From assembly GCA_013374855.1 (NCBI GenBank), contig CP055308.1, positions 597,310 through 661,309 on the forward strand: 64,000 nt of DNA, written 5' to 3'. Shown one piece after another: positions 36,585-46,199 of this stretch (position 1 is the first letter of the stretch; each line of letters opens with the position of its first letter). The stretch is from Candidatus Woesebacteria bacterium (lineage in GTDB: Bacteria > Patescibacteriota > Microgenomatia > UBA8517). Both the position numbers and the translations under genes were made by a program. A model generated the notes under the pieces. It was not told the DNA's origin, did not search any database, and was given only the letters and a program-made list of their open reading frames with translations.

Positions 36585-37802
36585 GTGAGGCATATAAAAC
36601 AAGCAATAAGAGGGGTTGGCTGGATGGCTTTTTTGAGGGCAACAACAAGGGGCTTGGCTTTTGTCAGGCTTGCAATTTTAGCACGAGTTCTAGATCCATT
36701 TCAGTTTGGAATATATGGTATAGCATCTTTAATTCTTGCTCTTCTTGAAATATTTACAGAAACCGGTGTTAATGTGGTCTTGGTACAGTCAAAAGGGAAA
36801 ATAACTGATTATTTAAACACTGCTTGGGTGGTTTCTATATTTAGGGGAATTCTAATTTCCCTTCTTATGATTGCGCTTTCTTATCCTGCATCCTTGTTTT
36901 TTAAAAGTAGGGAGTCTTTTGGAATAATTATTTTTTTGAGTATTGTTCCTTTTTTGCGTGGTTTTATTAATCCAATGATTGTTAATTTTCAAAAGGAGCT
37001 TGAGTTTAACAAAGAATTTTATTTAAGGTCAAGTGTTTTTTTGATTGACACCTTGGTTTCAGTGGGACTTGGTATTATCACAAAATCTGCATATTGCCTT
37101 GCTTTTGGTCTTTTAATCGGGGTGGTTTTGGAGATATTTTTGTCTTTTTATTTTGTTAAACCTACTCCCAGTTTTGAATTTGATAGGAGTAAACTTTCCT
37201 ATGTTATGAAGGGTGGAAAATGGATGACCTTTGCTGGAATTTTTGATTATCTTTTTAGAAATGGTGATGATATGGTAGTGGGAAGAGTTTTGGGCGCATC
37301 TTCGCTTGGTTTATATCAGGTGGCTTATAAGATATCAACTCTTCCTGTTTCTGAAACTGGCCAAGTTTTTAATAAAGTTGCCTTTCCTCTTTTTAGTAAG
37401 ATATCACAAAACAAGGAATTTTTGCGGTCAACTTTCTTTAAAACTCTTCTTGTTGTTTCTTTGTTTGTATTTCCTTTTGGGATACTTCTTTTTTCTTTTG
37501 CTGGTCTTCTTGTTCCTATTGCTTTGGGCGAAAAGTGGATTTCTGCTATCCCTCTTGTTCGTACTCTTTCAATTTTTGGAATAATTACCTCTCTTCAGGG
37601 ACCTTTTTATTCTCTTTTCTTGGGAGTGCAAAGACAGAATTATGTAACTTTTATCTCATTTTTTAGTTTTTTTGCAGTAGCGGTAACAATATTTCCTTTA
37701 ATTTTTAATTTTGGTGTAATGGGCGCTGCATATTCTGTGCTTTTGTCTTCTTTGCTTTCTTTTCCACTTTTTGTTTATGGAGCTTTTCGTATTTTAAAAT
37801 GA
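36585..37802 (+). CDS. Polysaccharide/O-unit flippase (Wzx, MOP superfamily)
   Basis: 405 aa with ~12 TM helices. The N-terminal region LARVLDPFQFGIYGIASLILALLEIFTETGVNVVLVQ is typical of Wzx/RfbX. Confidence 0.7.
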   Translation: MRHIKQAIRGVGWMAFLRATTRGLAFVRLAILARVLDPFQFGIYGIASLILALLEIFTETGVNVVLVQSKGKITDYLNTAWVVSIFRGILISLLMIALSYPASLFFKSRESFGIIIFLSIVPFLRGFINPMIVNFQKELEFNKEFYLRSSVFLIDTLVSVGLGIITKSAYCLAFGLLIGVVLEIFLSFYFVKPTPSFEFDRSKLSYVMKGGKWMTFAGIFDYLFRNGDDMVVGRVLGASSLGLYQVAYKISTLPVSETGQVFNKVAFPLFSKISQNKEFLRSTFFKTLLVVSLFVFPFGILLFSFAGLLVPIALGEKWISAIPLVRTLSIFGIITSLQGPFYSLFLGVQRQNYVTFISFFSFFAVAVTIFPLIFNFGVMGAAYSVLLSSLLSFPLFVYGAFRILK

Positions 37803-38593
37803 ACAAGTTTAGACCAAATATTTTTATTTTGAGAAAGATGCTTTCTGATTTTTGGTTTGTACCAAATGATGTGATATTTAGGGCTACTGAAGCTTCTATA
37901 TTCGAAAATATAAATTTTGCTTCTCCAGTTCTTGATATTGGTTGTGGTGATGGGAGAGTAAATAAATTTGTTTTTGCAGGCAAGAAAATAGATGTTGGGA
38001 TAGATATTCAAAATAAGGTTTTAGAACAAGCAAGAAAAAGTGGTCTTTATAAGAAGGTGGTTTTTGCTGATGCAAGAAGATTGCCTTTTGAAGATGGTAG
38101 CTTTGAGACTGTTGTTGCAAATAGTACTTTTGAGCACATAGAAGAGAATGATTTAGAGGCAGTTAATGAAGTCTCTAGGGTGTTGAAAACAGATGGTATT
38201 TTTTATTTAACTATTCCTTTACCAGCGTTTGCTGGTTTTATCAGAAATTGGGGTGGGGATATTCGTTTTTTGAATAAAAGACTTGTTCACTTTCGCTACC
38301 GCTCTTTAAAAGAGTGGAGTAAAATTCTTATTCGTTCAGGTTTTAGGGTTTCTGATAGTTTTTTATATATTCCTCCAAGTCTTTATAAGATTTGGTATTT
38401 TTATTTTAGGATTATTACCTTTCGGCCTTATCGTAGAGAGCTTTGGTCATATCTTAAAGACTCTCCATATGGCAGGCTTTTTCCAAGAAAAATCTTATCT
38501 TATCTTTCTTATTTACATATTAGAGGAGAATTTGCAAAGCAGGATGGAAATGAGGGTGTTTTGGCTTTTATAAAAGCGCAGAAAACTAAATGA
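37799..38593 (+). CDS. Class I SAM-dependent methyltransferase
   Basis: VLDIGCGDGRV (motif I)…VVFADARRLPFEDGSFETVVANSTFEHI. Confidence 0.7.
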   Translation: MNKFRPNIFILRKMLSDFWFVPNDVIFRATEASIFENINFASPVLDIGCGDGRVNKFVFAGKKIDVGIDIQNKVLEQARKSGLYKKVVFADARRLPFEDGSFETVVANSTFEHIEENDLEAVNEVSRVLKTDGIFYLTIPLPAFAGFIRNWGGDIRFLNKRLVHFRYRSLKEWSKILIRSGFRVSDSFLYIPPSLYKIWYFYFRIITFRPYRRELWSYLKDSPYGRLFPRKILSYLSYLHIRGEFAKQDGNEGVLAFIKAQKTK

Positions 38594-40845
38594 AGATTGC
38601 TTTTTTTTACAATATTTCAGGGGGTGGTGCAAAAAGAACAGTTTTTGAGCAAATTAAGTATTTATCGGTAAGGCATGATGTTTTTGTTTTTTTGCTTTCT
38701 TGCCAGAATGATGAACCTTGGAATATATCTTCATACGCAAAGGGTATCTACCGAGTAGGCTTTAATATGAAGAAAAATAAAAATTCCTTTTTGAATAGAT
38801 TATTTTCTGATTTTAAAGTGTTTTTTATTTTGCCTTTGGCTCATCGCCGTCTTGCGAGGATGATAAACAAAGGTGGTTTTGATGTGGCTGTGGTTCATAT
38901 GGATGAATTAACACAAGCTCCTTTTATATTGAGGTATTTAAAAGTTCCTTTTATTTACTTCTGTCAGGAGTCCCTGAGGCTTGTATGGGAAAAAAATATT
39001 CATCCTCTGCCTTCTGTCTCTCTACCTAAACTTATTTATGAAAAATTGATAAGGTTGATAAGAAGAGAAATTGATTTTAGAAATTTTTCTTTCGCAAAGA
39101 ATGTATTGACCAATTCTTTTTTTACCAGAAAAAATATTTTAGAAATTTATGGGAAAGAGGCTGAAGTTTGCTACCCGGGAGTGGATGATAATGTTTTCTA
39201 TCCTAGGAAATTGAAAAAGGAAAAACAGCTTTTTTTTGTTGGTAGCAGAAGCTTTATTAAGGGTTATGATTTTGCTTTACAATTAGAAAACATTCTAACA
39301 AAAGAGGGGTTTTCTTTTAAATTTTTAGATTCTTCATCAAAGTTTGAAAGAGATGAGGATGTTTCTCTTGAATATTCAAGGTCTTTTTTGACACTTTGTC
39401 TTTCAAGAAACGAGCCTTTTGGACTTTCGGCTGTTGAATCTATGGCGTGTGGCACTCCTGTCTTAGCTGTTAACGAAGGAGGCTTTCGGGAGACTATAAT
39501 TTTTGGAAAAACGGGTTTTCTCCTTCCCCGTGATGTGAAGTCTTTTGCTGAGAGAATTAGGTTTCTTTGGGAAAGGAGAGATATTTACAAGAAAATGAGT
39601 AAAGAAGCAATTAAAAGAGTTAAAGCTTCTTTTTTATGGGAAAAACACAACAGGGTTCTTGAAGAGAAAATCTACTCTATTGCTTCTAAAGGTTGTATTT
39701 TGATAAGCGGCCAGGATTCTGGGGGATTTGGGGGAGCAGAAACTTTTGCTTTCAGGTTAGGTAGTGCTTTGTCTGAAAAAGGATTCAATGTTGCCTATAC
39801 CTGTGTTTCTGGTTTTGATTTTGATAAGTTTTTGAAGGAGAAAAAGGTTAAAGTTTTTAACATTCCTTTTAGAATGGATATAATTGGTGGTTGGAAAGGG
39901 TTTGTTAAGTTTTTTACACTTTTACCTATTGCTTTGTTTTTTAATTTTAGAGTTATTGTCGGTTTTTTTAAAAAAAGGAGCGGTTTTCTGGTTTTGACCG
40001 GTTTTTCGGATAAAATCATTTTTACTCTGTTGGGACGATTTTTGGGGATTAAAGTTATTTGGTGGGAGTATGGTCCTTTTGGATCTGTTGCAAAGAGGAT
40101 TTTTGGTATACCGGTTAGAATTTATTCTTTTATCTCAAGATATGCTAACCTTATAATTTTTCCTACAAAAAACACTGCTAGTAAAGTATCCCCTTTTATT
40201 AGGAATGAAAATACCAAAGTTATAAATTTGGGTATTGAGGTTTTGTCTGAAGAAAAAGTAAGAGCTTACAAGAAAACAGGTAAGTTTTTAAGGCAGAAGA
40301 TGGGTCTTGATAGGACTTTCAATATTGGAATTTTATCAAGGATACAAAAGGAAAAGGGGCAAAGCTTGCTAATAGAAGCAATGCCGGTTTTAAAAAAGAA
40401 AATCCCTAATATTAAGCTTTTGATTTTTGGTGAGGGTGATAATCAAAAAAATCTAGAAGAGCTTGTGCAAAAACTGGGTGTTAAAAAAGATGTTTTGTTT
40501 CTTGGCTTTTGGGACGATTCTTATCAAGCTTTGTCTCTTATGGATGTATTTGTTTTTCCTACTTTTTGGGAGATGGAGGGGTTTGGTCTGGTGATTTTAG
40601 AGGCAGGCAATTTGGGTATGCCTGTTGTTGCTTCAGATTTTGGTCCTGTTCCTGAAGTTTTAGGGAAAAGCGGTGTTTTGGTTGATATTGATAAAGATAA
40701 AATTGCCGATGCGGTTTATAATTTGTATAGGAACAGAAATAAAGCTTTTGAGATAGGAAAATCTTTAAGAAAGAGGGTAGTTGATAAGTTTGATATCAAG
40801 CTTTGTGTAGATGAATTTGTTGAATCTTTGAATCAATTAGTATGA
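38590..40845 (+). CDS. Tandem glycosyltransferase (two GT4-like modules fused, 751 aa)
   Basis: The first module ends with …FGLSAVESMACGTPVLAV… The second module has …QKEKGQSLLIEAM…EGFGLVILEAGNLGMPVVAS…. Confidence 0.65.
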   Translation: MKIAFFYNISGGGAKRTVFEQIKYLSVRHDVFVFLLSCQNDEPWNISSYAKGIYRVGFNMKKNKNSFLNRLFSDFKVFFILPLAHRRLARMINKGGFDVAVVHMDELTQAPFILRYLKVPFIYFCQESLRLVWEKNIHPLPSVSLPKLIYEKLIRLIRREIDFRNFSFAKNVLTNSFFTRKNILEIYGKEAEVCYPGVDDNVFYPRKLKKEKQLFFVGSRSFIKGYDFALQLENILTKEGFSFKFLDSSSKFERDEDVSLEYSRSFLTLCLSRNEPFGLSAVESMACGTPVLAVNEGGFRETIIFGKTGFLLPRDVKSFAERIRFLWERRDIYKKMSKEAIKRVKASFLWEKHNRVLEEKIYSIASKGCILISGQDSGGFGGAETFAFRLGSALSEKGFNVAYTCVSGFDFDKFLKEKKVKVFNIPFRMDIIGGWKGFVKFFTLLPIALFFNFRVIVGFFKKRSGFLVLTGFSDKIIFTLLGRFLGIKVIWWEYGPFGSVAKRIFGIPVRIYSFISRYANLIIFPTKNTASKVSPFIRNENTKVINLGIEVLSEEKVRAYKKTGKFLRQKMGLDRTFNIGILSRIQKEKGQSLLIEAMPVLKKKIPNIKLLIFGEGDNQKNLEELVQKLGVKKDVLFLGFWDDSYQALSLMDVFVFPTFWEMEGFGLVILEAGNLGMPVVASDFGPVPEVLGKSGVLVDIDKDKIADAVYNLYRNRNKAFEIGKSLRKRVVDKFDIKLCVDEFVESLNQLV

Positions 40846-41606
40846 ATCTAACAGCAGTTGTTCTTGCGAAAAATGAAGAGAAAAATATAGAAAGATGTTT
40901 AAAGAGTCTTTATTTTGCAGGTGAAATTTTGGTGATTGATGATTTTTCCACCGATAAGACTGTAGAAATTGCAAGAAGGTTTGGTGCCAAAGTTTACAAT
41001 CGCTTGCTCAATGGTGATTTTGCTTCGCAGAGAAATTTTGCCATGTTGCGAGCTAAATATGATTGGGTCTTTTTCGTTGACGCAGATGAGGTTGTTCCGG
41101 AAAAAACTAAGCTTGAGATTATAAGTAAAGTTGGAAATCCCTTAGCTGGTGAGGTTGGCTATTTTGTTAAGAGAGATAATTATTTTTTGGGGAAAAGGTT
41201 GGATTATGGGGAGGCTTCTTCAATATCTCTTCTGAGACTTGGCAATAGAAAGTATGGCAAGTGGAAAAGAAAGGTGCATGAATATTGGGATATAAGGGGA
41301 AAAGTTGGTATGTTAAACAATAAGATAGACCATTACTTTTGTGATAATCTTTTTGATTTTATTGAAAGAATTAATTGGTATTCCGAGCTTCATGCAAAGG
41401 CCAATCAAGAAGAGGGCAAAAAATCAAGTTTGTTTAAGATATTGTTCTACCCTCCTTTTAAATTTCTTGATGCGTTTGTTCTTAAAAAAGGATTTTTGGA
41501 TGGGGTTTATGGTTTTGTTTTTGCTTTTCTAATGAGTTTTCACTCTTTTCTGTCATGGAGTAAGCTATGGTTATTACAAAGAGGGAAAAAGTTGGTGAAT
41601 TATTGA
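40842..41606 (+). CDS. Glycosyltransferase family 2
   Basis: LTAVVLAKNEEKNIERCL…VIDDFSTDKT…VFFVDADE. Confidence 0.7.
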   Translation: MNLTAVVLAKNEEKNIERCLKSLYFAGEILVIDDFSTDKTVEIARRFGAKVYNRLLNGDFASQRNFAMLRAKYDWVFFVDADEVVPEKTKLEIISKVGNPLAGEVGYFVKRDNYFLGKRLDYGEASSISLLRLGNRKYGKWKRKVHEYWDIRGKVGMLNNKIDHYFCDNLFDFIERINWYSELHAKANQEEGKKSSLFKILFYPPFKFLDAFVLKKGFLDGVYGFVFAFLMSFHSFLSWSKLWLLQRGKKLVNY

Positions 41607-42751
41607 TATTTTTGTTTTTAGTGGCTTTTCCTTTTGGCAGGCTTTTATCTTTTGATACTCAAGTTTTGGGATTTAGGGTTTCTTTTTTGGTTTTGGATTT
41701 TATTGCCTTTTTATCATTTTTGTTTTGTCTTTCTTTGGACAGAAAATTCTTATTTAAAGGAAGGATTTTTTTGTTTTTATTGCCTTTTATGTTTTCTTTT
41801 TTGGTCTCTTTGGCTATTTTTAACTCGCCTGAAGTTTTGATTGGCACATTTTATTTTCTAAGGCTTGTTTTTTATATTTCTTTTGGTTATTTGGTTTATT
41901 GGTTTGTTCAAAAAAACAAAGATGCAAAAGGGTTTTTATTTAAAACATTGACGATTTCACTTTTTTTCTTCCTTGTTTTTGGTTTTTGGCAGTATATTTT
42001 TTATTACGATTTAACCGCTCTAAAGTTTATTGGTTGGGATGACCATTTGTGGAGATTAACATCTACACTGCTTGACCCCGCCTTTGCTGGCATAATACTT
42101 TCTTTTGGTTTTATTTTTTCTCTTGTTAACTTTTTTTTTATTGATAAGAAGAAATTGTGGTTGTTTTTTGCATTTTTGTTTGTTTTAGGAGTTGTTTTGA
42201 CTTTCTCAAGAGCAAGCTATATTGCATTTATTTTGGGGAGCCTTTATTTCTTTTATAAGACAGAGAGGTCTTTTGCGAAGTTTTTAGTTTTGTTTTTTTT
42301 ATTTTTTGTTCTTTTGGTTCCCAAACCAGCTGGAGAGGGAGTAAATTTGTTGAGATTGTATAGTTTTTTTGACAGAGTTGAAAACTACAAGGAAAGCTTT
42401 TTAATTTTTTCAAAAAGCCCTCTTTTTGGTGTGGGTTACAATAATTTTTGCCTTGCAAGAAAGGTGTTTTTGGAAGATTATAATTTGCTTTCCCATTCTT
42501 GTTCAGGTTCGGATTCTTCTTTTCTTTTTGTTCTTTCTACATTGGGGGTTGTTGGTCTTTTGTTTTTATTGAGTATGTTTTTTCTTATCTGGAAAGAGAC
42601 AAAAGAAAATTATTGGACAATTTGTTTAAAGACTTTCTTGGTTATGGTCTTAGTTCATAGCCAATTTAACAATAGTATTTTCTATCCTTGGGTGTTGGGA
42701 GTTTTGGCTTTTATCTTGCCGTTTGCTTTTAGCGCCAAAAATCAACAGTAA
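41567..42751 (+). CDS. O-antigen ligase/Wzy-like polymerase family membrane protein
   Basis: ~11 TM helices with a periplasmic loop carrying LTFSRASYIAFILGSLYFF and HSQFNN. This is a Wzy_C-like pattern. Confidence 0.55.
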   Translation: MVITKREKVGELLIFLFLVAFPFGRLLSFDTQVLGFRVSFLVLDFIAFLSFLFCLSLDRKFLFKGRIFLFLLPFMFSFLVSLAIFNSPEVLIGTFYFLRLVFYISFGYLVYWFVQKNKDAKGFLFKTLTISLFFFLVFGFWQYIFYYDLTALKFIGWDDHLWRLTSTLLDPAFAGIILSFGFIFSLVNFFFIDKKKLWLFFAFLFVLGVVLTFSRASYIAFILGSLYFFYKTERSFAKFLVLFFLFFVLLVPKPAGEGVNLLRLYSFFDRVENYKESFLIFSKSPLFGVGYNNFCLARKVFLEDYNLLSHSCSGSDSSFLFVLSTLGVVGLLFLLSMFFLIWKETKENYWTICLKTFLVMVLVHSQFNNSIFYPWVLGVLAFILPFAFSAKNQQ

Positions 42752-43478
42752 GCCTTTCTGTTGTTTTGTTGCCGGCTTTATCTTCGGCTACGATTTCAAA
42801 GTTGTTTCCTCCCTCTTGAAGTGTTACTGCGTAGGTAAAAGAGCCGTCGTTTTCAATGATTACGATTCTGCCGTTTATTCTTAAAACATCTGCATCTTTA
42901 ACCTCTCCTTCTATTGTGATTTGCCTTTGTTTTGAGCCGTAAAAAGATTCCCCATCTTTTGGTGATTTTATTGTTATTTCAGGAGGAGTTCTGTCGTAAA
43001 CTATTGTATAAATTTTTGATTCAGCACTTTCGTTTCCGGCATTATCTTTTGCCACAAAGGAAATTTTGTTCTCTCCCTCTTTGAGTTGAAAATTATATGT
43101 GAATATGCCTTCTTTTGTGGATACTATTTCTTCCTTTTGGGAGTTGGCATTTACTATTATGGAAATTCCTGGTTCTGTTTCTCCTTTTATTTCAACTTTG
43201 GGAAGATTAGTATAGTCTGGAGGTGTTTGTACATAAGGACTAGCAGGGGGTGTGGTATCTTCTTTTTCTATTTTTTGACTACCTTTTCTAATTTCAGCTA
43301 TAAAACTTGCCATTCTGGCAATTAAGGGTATGCCCAAGAATACGAAAAATAGTATTCCAATGATGGTAAGTAGTATATAAATAGCTGCTCTTTTTTTATT
43401 ATTTTTTTCTTCTGTTATTGCTTTCCTTGAGTAAAGATATGCCATGTTGTTAGAGCCAGAGGTGGGATTTGAACCCAC
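42729..43478 (-). CDS. Membrane-anchored extracytoplasmic protein with two tandem Ig-like repeats
   Basis: N-terminal TM. The two repeats are …EGIFTYNFQLKEGENKISFVAKDNAGNES… and …DGSFTYAVTLQEGGNNFEIVAEDKAGNKT…. Confidence 0.45.
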   Translation of the reverse strand: MGSNPTSGSNNMAYLYSRKAITEEKNNKKRAAIYILLTIIGILFFVFLGIPLIARMASFIAEIRKGSQKIEKEDTTPPASPYVQTPPDYTNLPKVEIKGETEPGISIIVNANSQKEEIVSTKEGIFTYNFQLKEGENKISFVAKDNAGNESAESKIYTIVYDRTPPEITIKSPKDGESFYGSKQRQITIEGEVKDADVLRINGRIVIIENDGSFTYAVTLQEGGNNFEIVAEDKAGNKTTERLTVDFWR

Positions 43479-43526
43479 GACCTAAGCTTTACGAAAGCCT
43501 TGCTCTGCCGACTGAGCTACTCTGGC
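43454..43526 (-). tRNA. tRNA-Thr (anticodon CGT), CCA not encoded
   Basis: Reverse complement: acceptor GCCAGAG/CTCTGGC, D-arm GCTC AGTCGGCA GAGC, anticodon stem AGGCT/AGCTT with loop TTCGTAA, T-arm GTGGG TTCAAAT CCCAC, discriminator T. Confidence 0.85.
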
Positions 43527-44983
43527 ACCTTTTCTATTATATCATTCTTAACAAAAATACTTGAGATTTCGTCTCGGTAGATCTCTTTCCAATTGGAGTT
43601 TTTGTTTTTGACAAGATGGATATCAAGAAAAGTATTTGATGGAATTAGTAGCCAATCTTTTTTGTATTGATTAAGTTTTTCTTCCCAACCATCTTGAGCC
43701 TGGATTATTTCAAGATATATAAGATATGGACTTTTTTTCTCTGGTGTGTCCCATGCGGGCATTCTTCCATCAACAAAGAATTTATATTCTGGGAGTTTCC
43801 ATTCCAAAAAACCTCCCCACTCGTATGAACTGAAGACATTTTCTCCTTTTATTTTATTCCTTTTTATAAATTCTACAGCTTTGCAAGGATAAGGTAATAA
43901 TCCATAATTGCAGTAGTATTTATAGTCATAGATTAGGTAGAAGTTTTTAGGTAGATTTTTGACAGATAGAAATAAGAGTAAAATTATTGTACCAAAGGCA
44001 ATTTTTTGAGTTATTTTTTTAGTTTCGTGTTTAATTGTTCTTTCTTTTTGATTTTCCAGAATTTCTATTACAGCAAAAATTGCCCAGAAAGGAACGTTTC
44101 TCTTTGAAGATAAAGATGATAGAGCAAGAATTGCTAGTAATGCGCTTCTAAAAATAGACTTTTTGTTTTCTCTAACGGAGGAAGTAAAAATGATTGCTGT
44201 TGAGGTGATTATGATTAGTTTTATTAGCAAGCTGGGAGGAGTCCACTCAGCGATTATTTTCTGCAAAGGATTTTGAAAGTGCCTTGCAATTTCCTTATAT
44301 ATTTCAAAACCAAGGGGGTTAATTAAGGTGGCAAAGAAAGATATAGCCATAATTGTTGCAAGAATTATTGCTTGCTTGTTTTTCTTTTTTAAGATAATGT
44401 CATATAGATGATAGATGGCTATGATAAAACCAAAGGGAAAAGCGCCGTGTATGTTTGACCACAAAGCAAAAATAAAGGGAATGACGGACAGGTAGACTAT
44501 ATTTTCCTTTTCTTTGGACCTTTTTATTAGAAAGTTGATTATAATCACGAATAAAAAAGAGAAAATTTGTGCTCTATATCCCAGATCGAAGGTGTTGTGA
44601 GAAATCAATAACAAAGTGGTAAAGAGTAAAAAATTTATTTTTAAATTTTTCGGGTAGCTTAGATTAAATATAACAAAAGAGAGAATCATAACTAGAGAGA
44701 AAGATAGTGTGAGTAAAAAAAGCCCTCCTGTTTTAAACAAGAAAGCTGTAATTATTTGATATAGAGCATAGGAGTTTGCCCATTTGTAGTTGGTCATAAA
44801 GTAGGTAAGAGAGTTTTCTCTTAAAATCTTTCCGTTTTCTAAAAAGTAATTGCCGTATCTTAAGTGCCATCCTAGATCAGTATCTATTGGGGCTTTGAAA
44901 AAGTAGATGGAAATTACAAAAGCAATAATTGCGATAAAAGGGAATTTTATTCTGGCAGATTTGTTTTGGGTGTAATTTATCAC
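43517..44983 (-). CDS. Large polytopic membrane protein, possible GT-C-type glycosyltransferase
   Basis: 488 aa with at least 12 TM helices. Acidic first loop (APIDTDLGWHLRYG) and a C-terminal soluble domain. The stop overlaps the 5' end of tRNA-Thr by 10 nt. Confidence 0.4.
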   Translation of the reverse strand: MINYTQNKSARIKFPFIAIIAFVISIYFFKAPIDTDLGWHLRYGNYFLENGKILRENSLTYFMTNYKWANSYALYQIITAFLFKTGGLFLLTLSFSLVMILSFVIFNLSYPKNLKINFLLFTTLLLISHNTFDLGYRAQIFSFLFVIIINFLIKRSKEKENIVYLSVIPFIFALWSNIHGAFPFGFIIAIYHLYDIILKKKNKQAIILATIMAISFFATLINPLGFEIYKEIARHFQNPLQKIIAEWTPPSLLIKLIIITSTAIIFTSSVRENKKSIFRSALLAILALSSLSSKRNVPFWAIFAVIEILENQKERTIKHETKKITQKIAFGTIILLLFLSVKNLPKNFYLIYDYKYYCNYGLLPYPCKAVEFIKRNKIKGENVFSSYEWGGFLEWKLPEYKFFVDGRMPAWDTPEKKSPYLIYLEIIQAQDGWEEKLNQYKKDWLLIPSNTFLDIHLVKNKNSNWKEIYRDEISSIFVKNDIIEKVPE

Positions 44984-44992
44984 AATTATGTT

Positions 44993-45706
44993 CTAGTAAC
45001 CGCTAAATTTTTCGGAGACGATACTTTCTTCTTTTACTTTTAATTCTTTCAGAATTTCTTCCATTGCTATCACAAAAGATGGTGGACCACAGATCATAAA
45101 CTTTGACCTCTTTAGATTTTCTTGAGGAATTAATTTTCCAAGTTTATCTTTGTCTATTCTTCCCAAAAGCCCTCTCCATTTGTTTGGTGTTTCTTCAGTT
45201 AGTGTTATATCTATTTTAGCAATCTTTTCTTTTTGCCATATATTAAATTCTTCTCTGAATGGAATTTCGCTTTCTTTTTTTACAGACCATATAAGATGAA
45301 TTTCGTTCTTTATTTTTTTATCTTGATGATACCTAAGTATGCTTCTGAAAGGAGTTATACCAATACCTCCGGCAAGAAAGATATACTTTATCTTTGTTTT
45401 TTTGAAGACACTAAACTCACCCATCGGCTTTCTAAATTCAAAAGCTTCTCCTGTTTTTGTTTCGTCGAGGGTCCTTTTAAAACCGGATTCTTTTCTTATT
45501 TTTGTGGTTATCTTTAGGTTTTTCTCTGTTGGAGACGAGGAGATAGTAAAAACTCTCGTATTGCCTCTTTTGTCAGGATATTTCAGCCTTGGTAGTGTAA
45601 GGTAGGTAAACTGACCGGGAAGAAAATTAAAGTTTTCTGGTTTTTCAAAGACAAATGTTTTTATTGAATTTGCTTCTTTTATTTTTTGGATGAGTCTTAA
45701 TTTCAT
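44993..45706 (-). CDS. FNR-like FAD/NAD(P)-binding oxidoreductase module
   Basis: RVFTISSSP (RxYS FAD motif)…LAGGIGITPFRSIL (NAD(P) GGxGxxP)…C-terminal CGPPSF. There is no Fe-S cysteine cluster. Confidence 0.65.
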   Translation of the reverse strand: MKLRLIQKIKEANSIKTFVFEKPENFNFLPGQFTYLTLPRLKYPDKRGNTRVFTISSSPTEKNLKITTKIRKESGFKRTLDETKTGEAFEFRKPMGEFSVFKKTKIKYIFLAGGIGITPFRSILRYHQDKKIKNEIHLIWSVKKESEIPFREEFNIWQKEKIAKIDITLTEETPNKWRGLLGRIDKDKLGKLIPQENLKRSKFMICGPPSFVIAMEEILKELKVKEESIVSEKFSGY

Positions 45707-45753
45707 ATGTTTATTATTGTTTATTATAATACAGGTGGAAGGGGGTGATTTTA

Positions 45754-45939
45754 ATGTGCTATAACTGCGGTTGTGAAATTCCAGATGATGATATGGGGAA
45801 AGGAAAGCTTAAAGATGGTGGTGCTTCTTTAACAGAAGATGATTTTAAACATATGGCAAAGGAGTGGGGAATGACAGTTGAGGAAACAAAAAAGGAGGTT
45901 CTTAAGCTTCTAGAGAAACAAATCAAAGAAGTAAAGTAG
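45754..45939 (+). CDS. Small CxxC-containing acidic protein (hypothetical)
   Basis: MCYNCGCEIPDDD…. A strong SD (GGAAGGGGGTGA) lies 5 nt upstream, with TATAAT at 45724-45729. The track start at 45745 is GTG. Confidence 0.35.
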   Translation: MCYNCGCEIPDDDMGKGKLKDGGASLTEDDFKHMAKEWGMTVEETKKEVLKLLEKQIKEVK

Positions 45940-46199
45940 TTGCTTATAAAATATTAAATTTTTTGAAGTATAGAATAAGTTTTGAAGATTTACTCGCCTT
46001 CGCGAAGTTGTTTTTTGCTAAGCCCTGCCGGAAGAGATATTTGGGGTTTTTAAGCAGATCTAATATTATTTTGATTTTTCTTTAGATGTTATTCTTTATT
46101 TGTTCAAGGAAGAGTAGGGTAAATATTCTTTTTTCTTACTTGATGACATTTTAGCACAGCTTATTGTCTAAACTTTTGTTTTTAATGTAGAATGAAATA

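Noticed and set aside
45998-46018. Perfect 10-nt palindrome CTTCGCGAAG followed by a T-tract, as a possible intrinsic terminator or protein-binding site.
   Set aside because: The stem would be only 3-4 bp with a 2-4-nt loop, too weak for a confident Rho-independent terminator call. It is left as a note under the small CxxC protein finding.
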